From Clostridia bacterium (GTDB lineage: Bacteria > Bacillota > Clostridia > TANB77 > RGIG9151): a DNA stretch of 64,000 bases. Below, one piece after another: positions 36,108 to 46,112 of this stretch; the stretch's first letter is position 1, and every line of letters starts with the position of its first letter. The notes under the pieces are model-generated. The model had not been told where the DNA came from and did not search any database. It saw nothing but the letters and a program-made list of their open reading frames with translations. The stretch lies in NCBI GenBank assembly GCA_017934955.1, contig JAGBIO010000024.1, forward strand, positions 14,550 through 78,549, written 5' to 3'. The position numbers and the translations under genes are program-made.

Positions 36108-36836
36108 TTATAATCTCGTTACAAAAATTCCCGCCAAAAAGCCAACCATATAACACATCACCGGCATTCTTCCTCTATAAAGCCGATTCGACTCCGGCAG
36201 TAATTCGCCACTCACCACATACATCATTGCACCTCCCGCAAAACCAAGAGAAAGCGCAATCATTTCTGCTGAAATATTGCCCAACACACTCCCCATCACA
36301 GCACCTATACCGGTCGGCAATCCCGACAAAAACGCCAATGCAACAGCCTTTCCGAAACCCATTCCCGACTTTCGCAAAGGAAGTGTAATCGCAATTCCCT
36401 CCGGTACATCATGTAGGGCAATCACTAATGCCAAGGTCAACCCCAATTTCACCGAACTTCCAAATCCCGCTCCAATGGCAAGCCCTTCCGGCAAATTGTG
36501 TAGCATAATCCCAATAAAAACAAGGAACCCTGTCTTCGCTAACCTTGACTCCGCAAACCTTCTTGAAAAACACTTCATCACTGTTTCCGTCACACATAAT
36601 AACACCACACCAAGCATAAAGCCCGCAAGCGTCATCTGAATTCCCGAAAGAAAAAAGCCCTCCGGTAACAAATCAAAACACACCACAGCCGTCATAATTC
36701 CGGCAGCCAACTCCAAGAATATACTCGAAAGTTTATTGGAAGATTCCTTCATAAAACACCCCAATAAACCTCCCAATGTAGTTCCAAAAACACCTGTCAA
36801 AGTTCCAAAAACAGCAATAAACGTAAAATTCTCCAT
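36108..36836 (-). CDS. ZIP-family (ZupT-like) divalent metal/zinc permease
   Basis: Multi-TM protein with ZIP signature motifs HNLPEGLAIGAGF and HDVPEGIAI. The start is placed at MENFTF, downstream of a REP hairpin. Confidence 0.75.
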   Translation of the reverse strand: MENFTFIAVFGTLTGVFGTTLGGLLGCFMKESSNKLSSIFLELAAGIMTAVVCFDLLPEGFFLSGIQMTLAGFMLGVVLLCVTETVMKCFSRRFAESRLAKTGFLVFIGIMLHNLPEGLAIGAGFGSSVKLGLTLALVIALHDVPEGIAITLPLRKSGMGFGKAVALAFLSGLPTGIGAVMGSVLGNISAEMIALSLGFAGGAMMYVVSGELLPESNRLYRGRMPVMCYMVGFLAGIFVTRL

Positions 36837-36867
36837 TCGCAACTCTTTTCTCGAAATTGCTATCCAA

Positions 36868-36900
36868 AACATCCGTACGGACACAATTTATTGTGTCCTG
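36868..36900. repeat. REP-like hairpin, family B
   Basis: CCGTACGGACACAATTTATTGTGTCC. Confidence 0.8.
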
Positions 36901-36978
36901 TCTTTCTATCACGCTTTCCGTATTCCGCAATTTCATTAAATTCTCATCATTATACCTATGAGAATTTAATAAAAATTA

Positions 36979-38043
36979 TTACGAATTACTGCTATTCGAC
37001 AATTTAATCGCTCTATCCGCCGTAATCAAAGCATCAATCATCTCGTCCAAATCACCATCGGTAAAATTCTCCAACTGATAAATACTGTAATTAATTCTAT
37101 GATCCGTAATTCTTCCCTGCGGATAATTGTAGGTACGAATTTTCTCACTTCTGTCTCCCGTTCCCACCTGCATCTTTCTGTCATTTGCCATCTTCCGCAT
37201 ACGCTCTTCTTCCTGTTGTTCAAATAACTTCGCACGAAGCATCGTCATCGCACGCTCTCTGTTTTGAATCTGAGAACGCTCTTCCTGACAAGCCACCACA
37301 ATTCCCGTCGGAATATGCGTAATACGAATTGCCGACTCCGTCTTGTTAACATGCTGTCCACCCGCACCACTCGAACGATACGTATCCACCTTCAAATCTG
37401 CCGGATTAATCTGAATATCCACATCCTCCAACTCCGGTAAAACTGCAACCGTAACGGTAGAAGTATGAATTCTTCCGTTTGTCTCCGTCTCCGGCACACG
37501 CTGTACTCTATGTACACCGCTTTCAAACTTCAAACGGCTGTACGCACCCTTTCCGGTAATCATAAAGCTAACTTCTTTATATCCTCCAAGACCGGTCGGA
37601 TTCTCATTCAAGATTTCAACCTTCCATCTCTTTCGTTCTGCATATCTTGAAAACATACGGAATAAAGTACCCGCAAATAAAGCCGCCTCTTCTCCGCCGG
37701 CACCCCCTCTGATTTCTACGATAATGTTCTTATCATCGTTCGGATCCTTCGGAAGAAGTAAAATCTTCAAATCCTCCTCAATTGCCAAAAGTTTCTCTTC
37801 TCCCGTCACAATCTCCATCTGTGCAAGTTCATGCAATTCCTTATCATTTAGCATTTCCTTTGCACTTTCAATATCCGCGCTCACTTTCTTAAACTCTCTG
37901 TATTTATTCACAACATCCTCAATATCCGCTCTTTCCTTCATCAGCTTCTGCCAAACCTCTTGATTTGCAATCACTTCCGGCTTGCTGATTTCCTCCGTAA
38001 GCTCATTAAAACGATCCTCCACCGCTTTCAATTTACTAAACAT
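36979..38043 (-). CDS. prfA: Peptide chain release factor 1
   Basis: GGQ motif ([16 protein letters not shown]). The PET tripeptide ([14 protein letters not shown]) is RF1-type PxT rather than RF2 SPF, and the N-terminus is [15 protein letters not shown]. Confidence 0.85.
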   Translation of the reverse strand: MFSKLKAVEDRFNELTEEISKPEVIANQEVWQKLMKERADIEDVVNKYREFKKVSADIESAKEMLNDKELHELAQMEIVTGEEKLLAIEEDLKILLLPKDPNDDKNIIVEIRGGAGGEEAALFAGTLFRMFSRYAERKRWKVEILNENPTGLGGYKEVSFMITGKGAYSRLKFESGVHRVQRVPETETNGRIHTSTVTVAVLPELEDVDIQINPADLKVDTYRSSGAGGQHVNKTESAIRITHIPTGIVVACQEERSQIQNRERAMTMLRAKLFEQQEEERMRKMANDRKMQVGTGDRSEKIRTYNYPQGRITDHRINYSIYQLENFTDGDLDEMIDALITADRAIKLSNSSNS

Positions 38044-38164
38044 TCTATCCATCCTTTCCAATCATATTCCAATACATTATTTTATCACAAAAGCCAACAC
38101 ATTTCCACACTTCTACATAAAATTTTAACAATAAGTGTTACAGGTCAAAATTAAAATCGCCACA

Positions 38165-38402
38165 AATATATTGTAGGGTCACAATTCATGCTATCCTGCC
38201 TTTCTGTCTTTTCTGTGGACAGCATAAATGCTGTCCCTACACCATTTGTGCCATTTTCTACATTTGAAAAATACAGGCGTACGGACAGCATTCATGCTGT
38301 CCTATTTTCCAACATTCGCTCATTTCCCGGACACAATGAATTGTGTCCCTACGGCGATTGTGCCATTATTGTAGGGGACGGCGTCCTCGACGTCCCGATA
38401 TA
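38165..38402. repeat. Cluster of five REP-like hairpins mixing stem families A, B, C and a hybrid
   Basis: ATTGTAGGGTCACAATTCATGCTATCC (a decayed A/B hybrid), GGACAGCATAAATGCTGTCCCTACA, CGTACGGACAGCATTCATGCTGTCC, CGGACACAATGAATTGTGTCCCTACGG and TTGTAGGGGACGGCGTCCTCGACGTCCCG. Confidence 0.8.
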
Positions 38403-38433
38403 TTTGCACCAATTTAAATTGAATATACATCCC

Positions 38434-40254
38434 TTACTCAATCCACATTTTATGCGCCTTCCGAATCTCTAATCCCCGCATCTGTAAAAATTCCTGTATC
38501 TTCTTCTCCTCTAACGCCCGCTTCACCTTCAGCGTCGTCGTCTTTATCAATTCATTTTTACTAAATAACACATACCGTATAATCTTGTACTTCGGAATCG
38601 TCTCGTTCATATGCCGAATCGCCTCTTCCACAGCCTCTGCTTTCGAAGCCTCCTCTAAAACAAGCTCTGCACAAATCTGCACATCATTATCCTTCGTCTT
38701 ATACCCCCAAACAAACGACTCCTTCACCCCCGGAATCGCATTAATCAACTCCTCGTACTCCTCCGGAAACGCCTTTTTCCCGTTATATAACACAATCATC
38801 GACTTCTCACGACCGGTAATTTTCAAATTTCCGGTTTCATCAATCACACCCAAATCTCCCGTCTTAAACCAACCATCCTCGGTAAACGCTTCCTTTGTCT
38901 CCTCCGGCGAATCAAAATATCCCTTTGTCACGTTTTTTCCCTTCACATAAATCTCACCGATACCCTCTTGATCCGGTGAATCAATCGTAATCTCTACATC
39001 CTTCACAGGACAGCCAACCGTCCCCGCCGGATTCTTTCCCGGGACTGTCGCACAAATCAACGGAGAAGTTTCTGTCAAACCATACCCCTGCAAAAACAAG
39101 ATTCCCAAACTCTCAAAATACTCAATAATCTCCTTCCGTATCGGTGCCGCACCGCTCGCCATCAACCGCAACTTCGGAGAAATTTTCTTACGCACCGGCG
39201 CCATAATCCACCTTCTCAAATCCAAATGCAACCTCAAGAAAAACGATGACAATGCCATCAACCGATTCACACTGTTCTCTTTTCCAGACTTCTTAATCTC
39301 CGTCCGAATTCGATTATATAACGTCTCAAAAATCGCCGGTACCGCCACCAATACACTCACTTGGAACTCTTTCATGTTATCCGAAATATGTTTAATTCCC
39401 TCACAATAAGAAATACACACGCCGGAATAAAACATAAATAAAAATCCTAACGTATTCTCAAACGTATGATGAAGCGGTAACAAAGACAAATGAACATCCT
39501 TTTCCTTCGCACGAATCAAAGCAGAACACGAAAACAAATTCGACAAAATATTTCTTTGCGAAAGCAAAACTCCCTTTGAACGTTTCGTCGTACCCGAAGT
39601 AAACAGCAAAACACTCGTCTCCTCCGGATTTACCTCCGCTTTAAGAAACGTTTTATGCCCTGCCTCCAAGCGAGCCTTCCCCTTCTCCATATACTCTTTT
39701 AACACCTTAATCTTAGAATTTTTCTCTGTCTCAATCTCATCAAAACAAATATATTGTTTTAACTTCGTATTTGTTCCCGCCATTTTCTCCATAATCTCTT
39801 TATAATTCTTACTAAAGAAAATCGCCTCACAACCGCTTCTCTCAATTAAATTGGTAATCTCCCCCTCCGGAAGATGCTTATCCAAAGGAACCACAACCCC
39901 CGTTCCGGCAGTTACCGCCATATAAGCCAAACTCCACTCGTAACGATTTTCACTGATAATCGCTATTTTTTTATTTTTTAAATCATTCGCACAAAGTTCC
40001 GTCCCCAAACAATCCACATCTTCCGCAAAATCCGAATAACTCTTTCGAATTGTTTTTCGATTTCGTTTATACAAAAACGCCGTCTTTTCTTGATACTTAT
40101 TTTGGGCATAACGAATTAGGGATTTAAAATCCTTAATTTTCTCCGGAATCTTTACTTCAAGATCTCCCAAACCTCTAATAATCTTTCTTCCGTTCTCCTG
40201 ATAAATTTCTGCATTTTTTCTCATAACGAACCTCCGTTCAATATTCTCTGCCAA
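38434..40254 (-). CDS. Long-chain fatty-acid--CoA ligase (AMP-dependent synthetase/ligase, FadD/LcfA-like)
   Basis: 606 aa with AMP-binding motifs LLFTSGTTKRSKGVLLS, GYGLTETS and WFKTGDLGVIDETGNLKITGREKS. Confidence 0.8.
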   Translation of the reverse strand: MAENIERRFVMRKNAEIYQENGRKIIRGLGDLEVKIPEKIKDFKSLIRYAQNKYQEKTAFLYKRNRKTIRKSYSDFAEDVDCLGTELCANDLKNKKIAIISENRYEWSLAYMAVTAGTGVVVPLDKHLPEGEITNLIERSGCEAIFFSKNYKEIMEKMAGTNTKLKQYICFDEIETEKNSKIKVLKEYMEKGKARLEAGHKTFLKAEVNPEETSVLLFTSGTTKRSKGVLLSQRNILSNLFSCSALIRAKEKDVHLSLLPLHHTFENTLGFLFMFYSGVCISYCEGIKHISDNMKEFQVSVLVAVPAIFETLYNRIRTEIKKSGKENSVNRLMALSSFFLRLHLDLRRWIMAPVRKKISPKLRLMASGAAPIRKEIIEYFESLGILFLQGYGLTETSPLICATVPGKNPAGTVGCPVKDVEITIDSPDQEGIGEIYVKGKNVTKGYFDSPEETKEAFTEDGWFKTGDLGVIDETGNLKITGREKSMIVLYNGKKAFPEEYEELINAIPGVKESFVWGYKTKDNDVQICAELVLEEASKAEAVEEAIRHMNETIPKYKIIRYVLFSKNELIKTTTLKVKRALEEKKIQEFLQMRGLEIRKAHKMWIE

Positions 40255-40320
40255 TATTCAAAATTAATGTATTTTTTATAAAAACTTGGCAATAATCAAA
40301 ATTAAAGGAGAGTTTTACAA

Positions 40321-40926
40321 ATGTTAAAAAAATATATCGTGATTCCCATCCTCTGTATTGCCATCCTCGCAATCTATTTAATCAACGGAATCTTCCTACA
40401 AAAATCCATTGCCAAAAAAGTCGTCAGACTTCATATTATCGCTAACAGTAATTCAGCTTTTGACCAAAACTTAAAGCTGCAGGTACGCGATAAAATCGTC
40501 GAATACCTTGCCCCGAAATTAATCAACAGTAATTCCATCGAAGAATCTAAAATCATTATAGCAGATAATACAGAAAATATAAAACAAATTACAAAAGAAA
40601 TTACTTCCCAGTATTCCGACTATGAAATCAACGTTTCTTTAGGAAGTTCAAAATTTCCAACGAAAAGCTATGAAAATTACTCCTTTCCCGCAGGTACCTA
40701 CGACGCCTTAAAGATTACCATCGGAGAAGGTGCAGGAAACAACTGGTGGTGCGTCATGTTTCCGCCACTCTGTTTTACAAATTCTTCGATAGGTGCCTTT
40801 TCTAAAGAATCCGAAGAACTATTGGAAAGTTCCCTTTCAAAAGAAGAGTTAAATACGATAAAACATTCCGAAAAACCGGAAGTCCAAATCAAGTTTAAAT
40901 TCTTAGAATGGTGGAATTCTAAATAA
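40321..40926 (+). CDS. spoIIR: Stage II sporulation protein R (forespore signal for pro-sigma-E processing)
   Basis: 201 aa with an N-terminal signal/TM, VRLHIIANSNSAFDQNLKLQVRDKIVEYL and GAGNNWWCVMFPPLCF, both hallmarks of SpoIIR. Confidence 0.8.
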   Translation: MLKKYIVIPILCIAILAIYLINGIFLQKSIAKKVVRLHIIANSNSAFDQNLKLQVRDKIVEYLAPKLINSNSIEESKIIIADNTENIKQITKEITSQYSDYEINVSLGSSKFPTKSYENYSFPAGTYDALKITIGEGAGNNWWCVMFPPLCFTNSSIGAFSKESEELLESSLSKEELNTIKHSEKPEVQIKFKFLEWWNSK

Positions 40927-40952
40927 ATCTGTGTTACAATATGACTATCTTA

Positions 40953-41125
40953 ATGTAGGGGCGAGCACTGCTCGCCCGTTTTTCGGTGTATAGGCAAAAT
41001 CTTTGATTTTGCCTATACACCGAAAAACGCTCCGCGAGGATGCACACTCGTGCGCAAGGAAAGTTGCTACGCAACTCGCACTCGGCGCAGGTGCTTTGCC
41101 TACGCAAAGCACTTTTGTTCCACAA
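40953..41125. repeat. Family-D REP hairpin fused to copy 2 of the ~140-bp composite repeat (family E, inverted relative to copy 1)
   Basis: ATGTAGGGGCGAGCACTGCTCGCCC is followed by TTTTTCGGTGTATAGGCAAAATCTTTGATTTTGCCTATACACCGAAAAA...GTTGCTACGCAACTCGC...GCCTACGCAAAGCACTTTTGTTCC, the reverse complement of the 12470-12610 element at ~85-90% identity. Confidence 0.75.
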
Positions 41126-41149
41126 ATTTCATTGTAAAGGAGAATTTTC

Positions 41150-42814
41150 ATGCCATACGACGGACTTGTCACAAGAAAAATCAAAGAAGAATTAGAAGAA
41201 AAATTAATATACGCAAAAGTAGATAAAATCATACAACCCACAAAAGACGAACTGATTCTCTCTTTTCGCGCACAAAAAGAAACCTTACGACTTCTTTTGT
41301 CCGCGAATGCTGAAACTGCCAGAACGCATTTAACAAAATATTCTTTATATAAAAATCCGGCAAAACCATTTAACTTCTGCATGATTCTACGCAAATACCT
41401 CTCCGGAGCAAAACTCTTACATATTTCTCAACCGAATAACGACAGAATCTTAGCCTTCTCTTTCGAAAACAGCAACGAATTGGGAGACAAAGAAAATCGA
41501 ACGCTTCTCATCGAAATGATGGGGAAATACAGTAACATTATTCTACTAAACGCCTCCGATACCATCATCGACTCCTTAAAACACGTTGACTTCGAAATCA
41601 GTCGCGTTCGCGAAGTCATGCCGGGAAGAAAATACACTCTCCCGCTAAACGCAGAAAAGAAAGACCCTTTTGCCGTTACGAATCAAGAATATACTTCTCT
41701 CTTGGCAAAACACCAAGAAAACTTTTTAGCAACCGCATTTATCGGAATTTGTACTCCTGCCGCGAAATACTTTACCGAAAGCACCGATTCCTCTTATTCC
41801 GCTTTTTCTCAATTTATTCATCAAAAAACACAAGCCATGGTATTCACCAAAAACGGACAACCGCATGACTTTTATTTTTGTGCTTGCCCTGTTTTAGGGA
41901 TTTCTGCTCAACCGACGACTACCCTATCGGAAGCCATCGATGAAGTGTATCGTCACAAGATTACGCAAAAACAATTGCTTTCTGCGAAAAACAGCCTCTC
42001 AGAAAATGTTTCACACTTGATTGCCAAGACAAAAAAGAAATTAGATATTATTGATTCTAAGTTAGAAACAACAAAAGACATGGAAGAGTTAAAAATAAAA
42101 GGCGAATTGCTCTCCGCCAATCTATATCAAATTAAACCTTATACTGCGGAAGTAAAAGTATGCGATTACTATCATGCAAACTCCGAATTAAATATTGCCT
42201 TAGACCCCAATTTATCGCCTTCCCAAAATGTTCAAAAAATATTTAAAAAGTACAACAAATTAAAAAATACCGTTACCGCTTGTTCGGCGCAAAAAGAAGA
42301 GTTAACCTCCGATCTTGCTTATTACGAATCCTTACTTTTTGAAATACAAAATCAAGAGTATATAGAAGACTTAGAGGAAATCAAAGAGGAATTATTAGCA
42401 CAAAAATTAATTCACTCTCAAAAAACCGAAAAGAAAACCACACAAAAAAACTACCTCACCTACACCTACGAAAATTTCGAAATTCTTGTCGGTAAAAATA
42501 ACCTGCAAAATGACCAATTAACCTTTAAAATTGCGCACAAAAACGACCTCTGGTTCCACGTCAAAAACGCCCCCGGATCCCACACCATACTACGTACAAA
42601 CGCTCAAGATGTTTCACGTGAAACGTTAGAATTCGCAGCCTCTCTCGCAGCCTCTCACTCCAAATTAAAAAACTCACCGAAAGTAGAAGTAGACTATACT
42701 GAAATAAAAAACGTCAAAAAAATTCCGGGTGCAAAACCCGGAATGGTAATATATGTAAATTATAAAACGATTTATATTGCACCTAATGACCACTCATCTT
42801 CTTTCCAAGGATAA
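41150..42814 (+). CDS. rqcH: RqcH (NFACT family; formerly fibronectin-binding protein A-like), ribosome-associated quality control
   Basis: 554 aa with an NFACT-N domain (MPYDGLVTRKIKEEL...KIIQPTKDELILSFR), a central coiled coil, and a C-terminal NFACT-R/DUF814 domain (DLWFHVKNAPGSHTILR). Confidence 0.8.
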   Translation: MPYDGLVTRKIKEELEEKLIYAKVDKIIQPTKDELILSFRAQKETLRLLLSANAETARTHLTKYSLYKNPAKPFNFCMILRKYLSGAKLLHISQPNNDRILAFSFENSNELGDKENRTLLIEMMGKYSNIILLNASDTIIDSLKHVDFEISRVREVMPGRKYTLPLNAEKKDPFAVTNQEYTSLLAKHQENFLATAFIGICTPAAKYFTESTDSSYSAFSQFIHQKTQAMVFTKNGQPHDFYFCACPVLGISAQPTTTLSEAIDEVYRHKITQKQLLSAKNSLSENVSHLIAKTKKKLDIIDSKLETTKDMEELKIKGELLSANLYQIKPYTAEVKVCDYYHANSELNIALDPNLSPSQNVQKIFKKYNKLKNTVTACSAQKEELTSDLAYYESLLFEIQNQEYIEDLEEIKEELLAQKLIHSQKTEKKTTQKNYLTYTYENFEILVGKNNLQNDQLTFKIAHKNDLWFHVKNAPGSHTILRTNAQDVSRETLEFAASLAASHSKLKNSPKVEVDYTEIKNVKKIPGAKPGMVIYVNYKTIYIAPNDHSSSFQG

Positions 42815-45800
42815 ACAAAGCTAATAATCCAAGTGCTCCGACACCTGCAATGGTACCTCCCACTACGCCGCCTGAATGACTTCCGCCACCGGAATTGCCG
42901 GAACCGCCGGAGCTGCCTCCACTCGAGCCACCGGAACCACCTCCGCTCGAACCGCCGCCATTCACCGGCGTATAGGTAATCTTGTTAAATACACTCATGT
43001 GCGCATCTACATGTCTGGTCTGCACAAAATCTTCAACCTCTTCTCCGTTACTATCAATATAACGACCTTTCAGAGTTGCAACAACAATTGCCGAACCCGG
43101 TTGGTTTGCAGTCGCCTTGACCTTTATATCATAATAAATAAACCCTTCTTCATCTGTCTTCTCTTGAAGCCCTACCACTTCTGCAGAAGAAATCGCATTA
43201 ACGATATTTCCTGCCTCATCCTTTGAAGTATCGTTAATTGCTATATTGATATCTTCTTTTTTCACAGTAAATTTTCCTAATTTAGCTTGGTCCAAATTTT
43301 TAAAATCTAAAATCTCCTCCTCGGAAGAATTTCCATACAGATAACTTGTTCTTGCACGTATGGTATATTCTTTCGTCTCTCCGGGATTAAATCCAAAATC
43401 TGTCGGATATAAAATATTCACTTGGAATCTTGCCCGTTCATCTCCGCCTTTTATAATTCGAATTTTAGCATAATCGATTTGCCCGTTTATATTTTCAACT
43501 TTAATAGTAACATCATCTGAAAAATACTTTGACGATTTCTTTCCACTCTCTGTCAAACCGATTTCTAATTTCTCGTTTTCTAAATTCTTAAGATAAAAGA
43601 AATGACTGCTATCTCCGGAGCCGCTGTTATTGGAAAAATAGTCATAATTTGGATATAAAGACTGACTGGTTGCTGTAATCTTTTTAATCTCACTGTTACA
43701 AATAATATCCATCTCCGTCTCAATCGGGCGATATTCGTAATATTGGCTTCCTTCCGGACCAACAAGTACTTTATCGATATAAAACTCAGTTTGATAAACA
43801 TTTATCCGAAGTTCATAATCCAAATTTAAATTTCCGGTCTTTCGATTATAATGACAAATTGAACAAACATCATTTACAAAAGTATGCGGCTTTTCACCAT
43901 ACTTATCACCACATACCGGACACTCATACCAGTGCGTATCCGGTCCGCTTACTAAATTCTGCATCCGACCCGGATGTTGGCACCCTTCCGGTTGAGTAAC
44001 ATCACATCCTGCAAGCGAACACTTTCCATTTACAAAAGTATGACTTTCCAAAATACTTTGACCGCAAAGATCACAAGTTTTTCTGTGTTGTGTAAGTGTA
44101 CTCATTACTTTGCGCCACACATGACTACACGTTCCATCTTGTGTGTATCCGCAAACCAAACATTTGCTTCTCGTAGAATCAAAGCTATGATTTGCTCGAT
44201 CTACCTCTCCGCAAACGGAGCATTCCCGATAATGCTGCGTTGAGCCCCATTTCCAAGGACCTACACTGTGATTTTGGTAAACCGTACCGCAAACAGTACA
44301 CTTTCCTCCGTTTTGATGTGTGCCTCCGGTATGATTCTTACACACAAATTGATGACCACATTTGTCGCATTTATCATCTTTATCTTTATCCTCATGGTTT
44401 TCCGTATATGTCTTTGAACAACCGGAAGCAATACAATTAGCAGAGTGCGTCGAATCATCTACTTTTGTCCAATTATTCGCCGGACCATGTTCTTCATAGG
44501 CATACTTACATTTTGTACATATTCCTCCGTTACTATGCGTCGCACCGGTATGGGAACCTTCGTTAAAATGTAAATCACAACCGGAACAGGTTTGCCAATG
44601 CTTTGTATCATCCCAGTCCCACTCAGAAGAAGCCGTATGATCTTGGTATTGCTCGCCGCAAAGTGTACAAGTTCCTTTGTTTTCATGCGTTCCGCCACTG
44701 TGTTCACCTTCTCTGCAATTTACTTTTACATAAATTGTCTTTGAACCTTTCCCCTGTAAAGTAACGATAATTTTTGCTTTCTCTAAAGAAGGCATTAAAC
44801 CGGTAATAAAACCATCCACCACCTTTAACGAGGTGCCTTCTGCCGTCCAACTCAGTACACTGTAATCCATTTTATAATCACTTGCATTAATCGCTATACC
44901 GCCATTTCGAAAAGTAGGCGTTAACGCAACACTTTCTCCCACTCGAATCGTTTCTGGTCCGATTAATCCGCTTAAAGTAATATCTTCTCCTACATAAACC
45001 GCACATTCCGCTTTTACTCCGTTAATTGCCGTCGCGGTAATAATCGTTGTTCCTAACGTTTCAAGAACCGTAACATTCCCGTTTTCATCCACCGTTGCAA
45101 CAGAAGGATTGCTCGAAGTCCATGTAAAAGTTTGTGTAACCGTATCCTGCGGTTTCTTATTCTTTATTGTTAAAGTAAATGATTTATTAAAATCGGAAGT
45201 CGTATAGGTAGACTGACTTAATTCAAAGGATTTTACCTGCTTATCGTCATACGGCACTCCTTCTGTTCGACAAATCTCACAGGTATTCCCCTGATCCGGT
45301 GTATGCGCTGTTTTTCCTAACGGATACATACAAGTCGTACAATATTGCCAGTGATACGAATTATCCGATTTAAAATCCGTACTTGATTCATGTAGCGCTC
45401 CTCCAAATTCCATTTGACATACGACACATTTATACCAGTGACGATAATCATTCACCTGAATCGCACCTTTTACGTGCTCTTGATAAGATTTATAGGTACA
45501 TCCTGCAAAACTGCAATTGCTCCAATGATATTCTTCATTATACCCTTGTTCCGTTGTACTATTCTCATGTGTCTGATAGTTTGCCTGACACACCTCACAA
45601 GTACCTTTGTTTTCATGCGTTCCACCGGTATGATACGCCGATTTTATCGCAAAACAATTCGGATCGGAACAATACTGCCAATGCTTTCCCTTCAACTCCG
45701 GTTGATTCTTAAAAAATTTTTCACACTTTTCACAACTGCACCCGAATTTATGATACGGTTGATTGGTAAAATAGTGCCTCGTACGAAAAACCTTCGCACA

Positions 45801-45986
45801 AACTATGTTTGTTGTATTATACTTATTACATTTATAGTAATGATAATTTTCGTCACTGCCCGCAAAAACATTTGATGTTATATGTCCTTCATTCAACTCT
45901 GCAGTAGTATGTAAAGTAAAATCCGCTGCATTTGAAAAATGAATTAAAAAACAGAACGAAATAAGTAACAACCAAAATTTCTTCAT
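42783..45986 (-). CDS. Large cell-surface protein with two blocks of tandem Cys/His-rich (HWxxCxxC...H / HTGGTHxNGGxCTxC) repeats, a Big_2 Ig-like domain, a Gly/Ser linker and a C-terminal TM anchor
   Basis: 1067 aa with a signal peptide. It has at least 15 repeats of the type [HY]W..C..C-x(8-14)-H(T/S/E) plus four near-identical H(T/S)GGTHxN(K/G)G(T/K/I)C(T/E)(V/L)C units. There is a Big_2-like segment (TWTSSNPSVATVDENGNVTVLETLGTTIITATA), a GGGSSGGGSGGSSGGSSGGSGNSGGGS linker and a terminal hydrophobic helix ending in KKMSGH. Confidence 0.6.
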   Translation of the reverse strand: MKKFWLLLISFCFLIHFSNAADFTLHTTAELNEGHITSNVFAGSDENYHYYKCNKYNTTNIVCAKVFRTRHYFTNQPYHKFGCSCEKCEKFFKNQPELKGKHWQYCSDPNCFAIKSAYHTGGTHENKGTCEVCQANYQTHENSTTEQGYNEEYHWSNCSFAGCTYKSYQEHVKGAIQVNDYRHWYKCVVCQMEFGGALHESSTDFKSDNSYHWQYCTTCMYPLGKTAHTPDQGNTCEICRTEGVPYDDKQVKSFELSQSTYTTSDFNKSFTLTIKNKKPQDTVTQTFTWTSSNPSVATVDENGNVTVLETLGTTIITATAINGVKAECAVYVGEDITLSGLIGPETIRVGESVALTPTFRNGGIAINASDYKMDYSVLSWTAEGTSLKVVDGFITGLMPSLEKAKIIVTLQGKGSKTIYVKVNCREGEHSGGTHENKGTCTLCGEQYQDHTASSEWDWDDTKHWQTCSGCDLHFNEGSHTGATHSNGGICTKCKYAYEEHGPANNWTKVDDSTHSANCIASGCSKTYTENHEDKDKDDKCDKCGHQFVCKNHTGGTHQNGGKCTVCGTVYQNHSVGPWKWGSTQHYRECSVCGEVDRANHSFDSTRSKCLVCGYTQDGTCSHVWRKVMSTLTQHRKTCDLCGQSILESHTFVNGKCSLAGCDVTQPEGCQHPGRMQNLVSGPDTHWYECPVCGDKYGEKPHTFVNDVCSICHYNRKTGNLNLDYELRINVYQTEFYIDKVLVGPEGSQYYEYRPIETEMDIICNSEIKKITATSQSLYPNYDYFSNNSGSGDSSHFFYLKNLENEKLEIGLTESGKKSSKYFSDDVTIKVENINGQIDYAKIRIIKGGDERARFQVNILYPTDFGFNPGETKEYTIRARTSYLYGNSSEEEILDFKNLDQAKLGKFTVKKEDINIAINDTSKDEAGNIVNAISSAEVVGLQEKTDEEGFIYYDIKVKATANQPGSAIVVATLKGRYIDSNGEEVEDFVQTRHVDAHMSVFNKITYTPVNGGGSSGGGSGGSSGGSSGGSGNSGGGSHSGGVVGGTIAGVGALGLLALFILGKKMSGH

Positions 45987-46112
45987 CTAACCACCTCATC
46001 TTTTATGTTATCGGCAAAAAATATTTCAAAATAATAGCTTTTTCTTCTTGCGACTCAATCGTATACAGATATAATTATTTTACCACTTTTTTATGTAAAT
46101 TTAAATACATTT

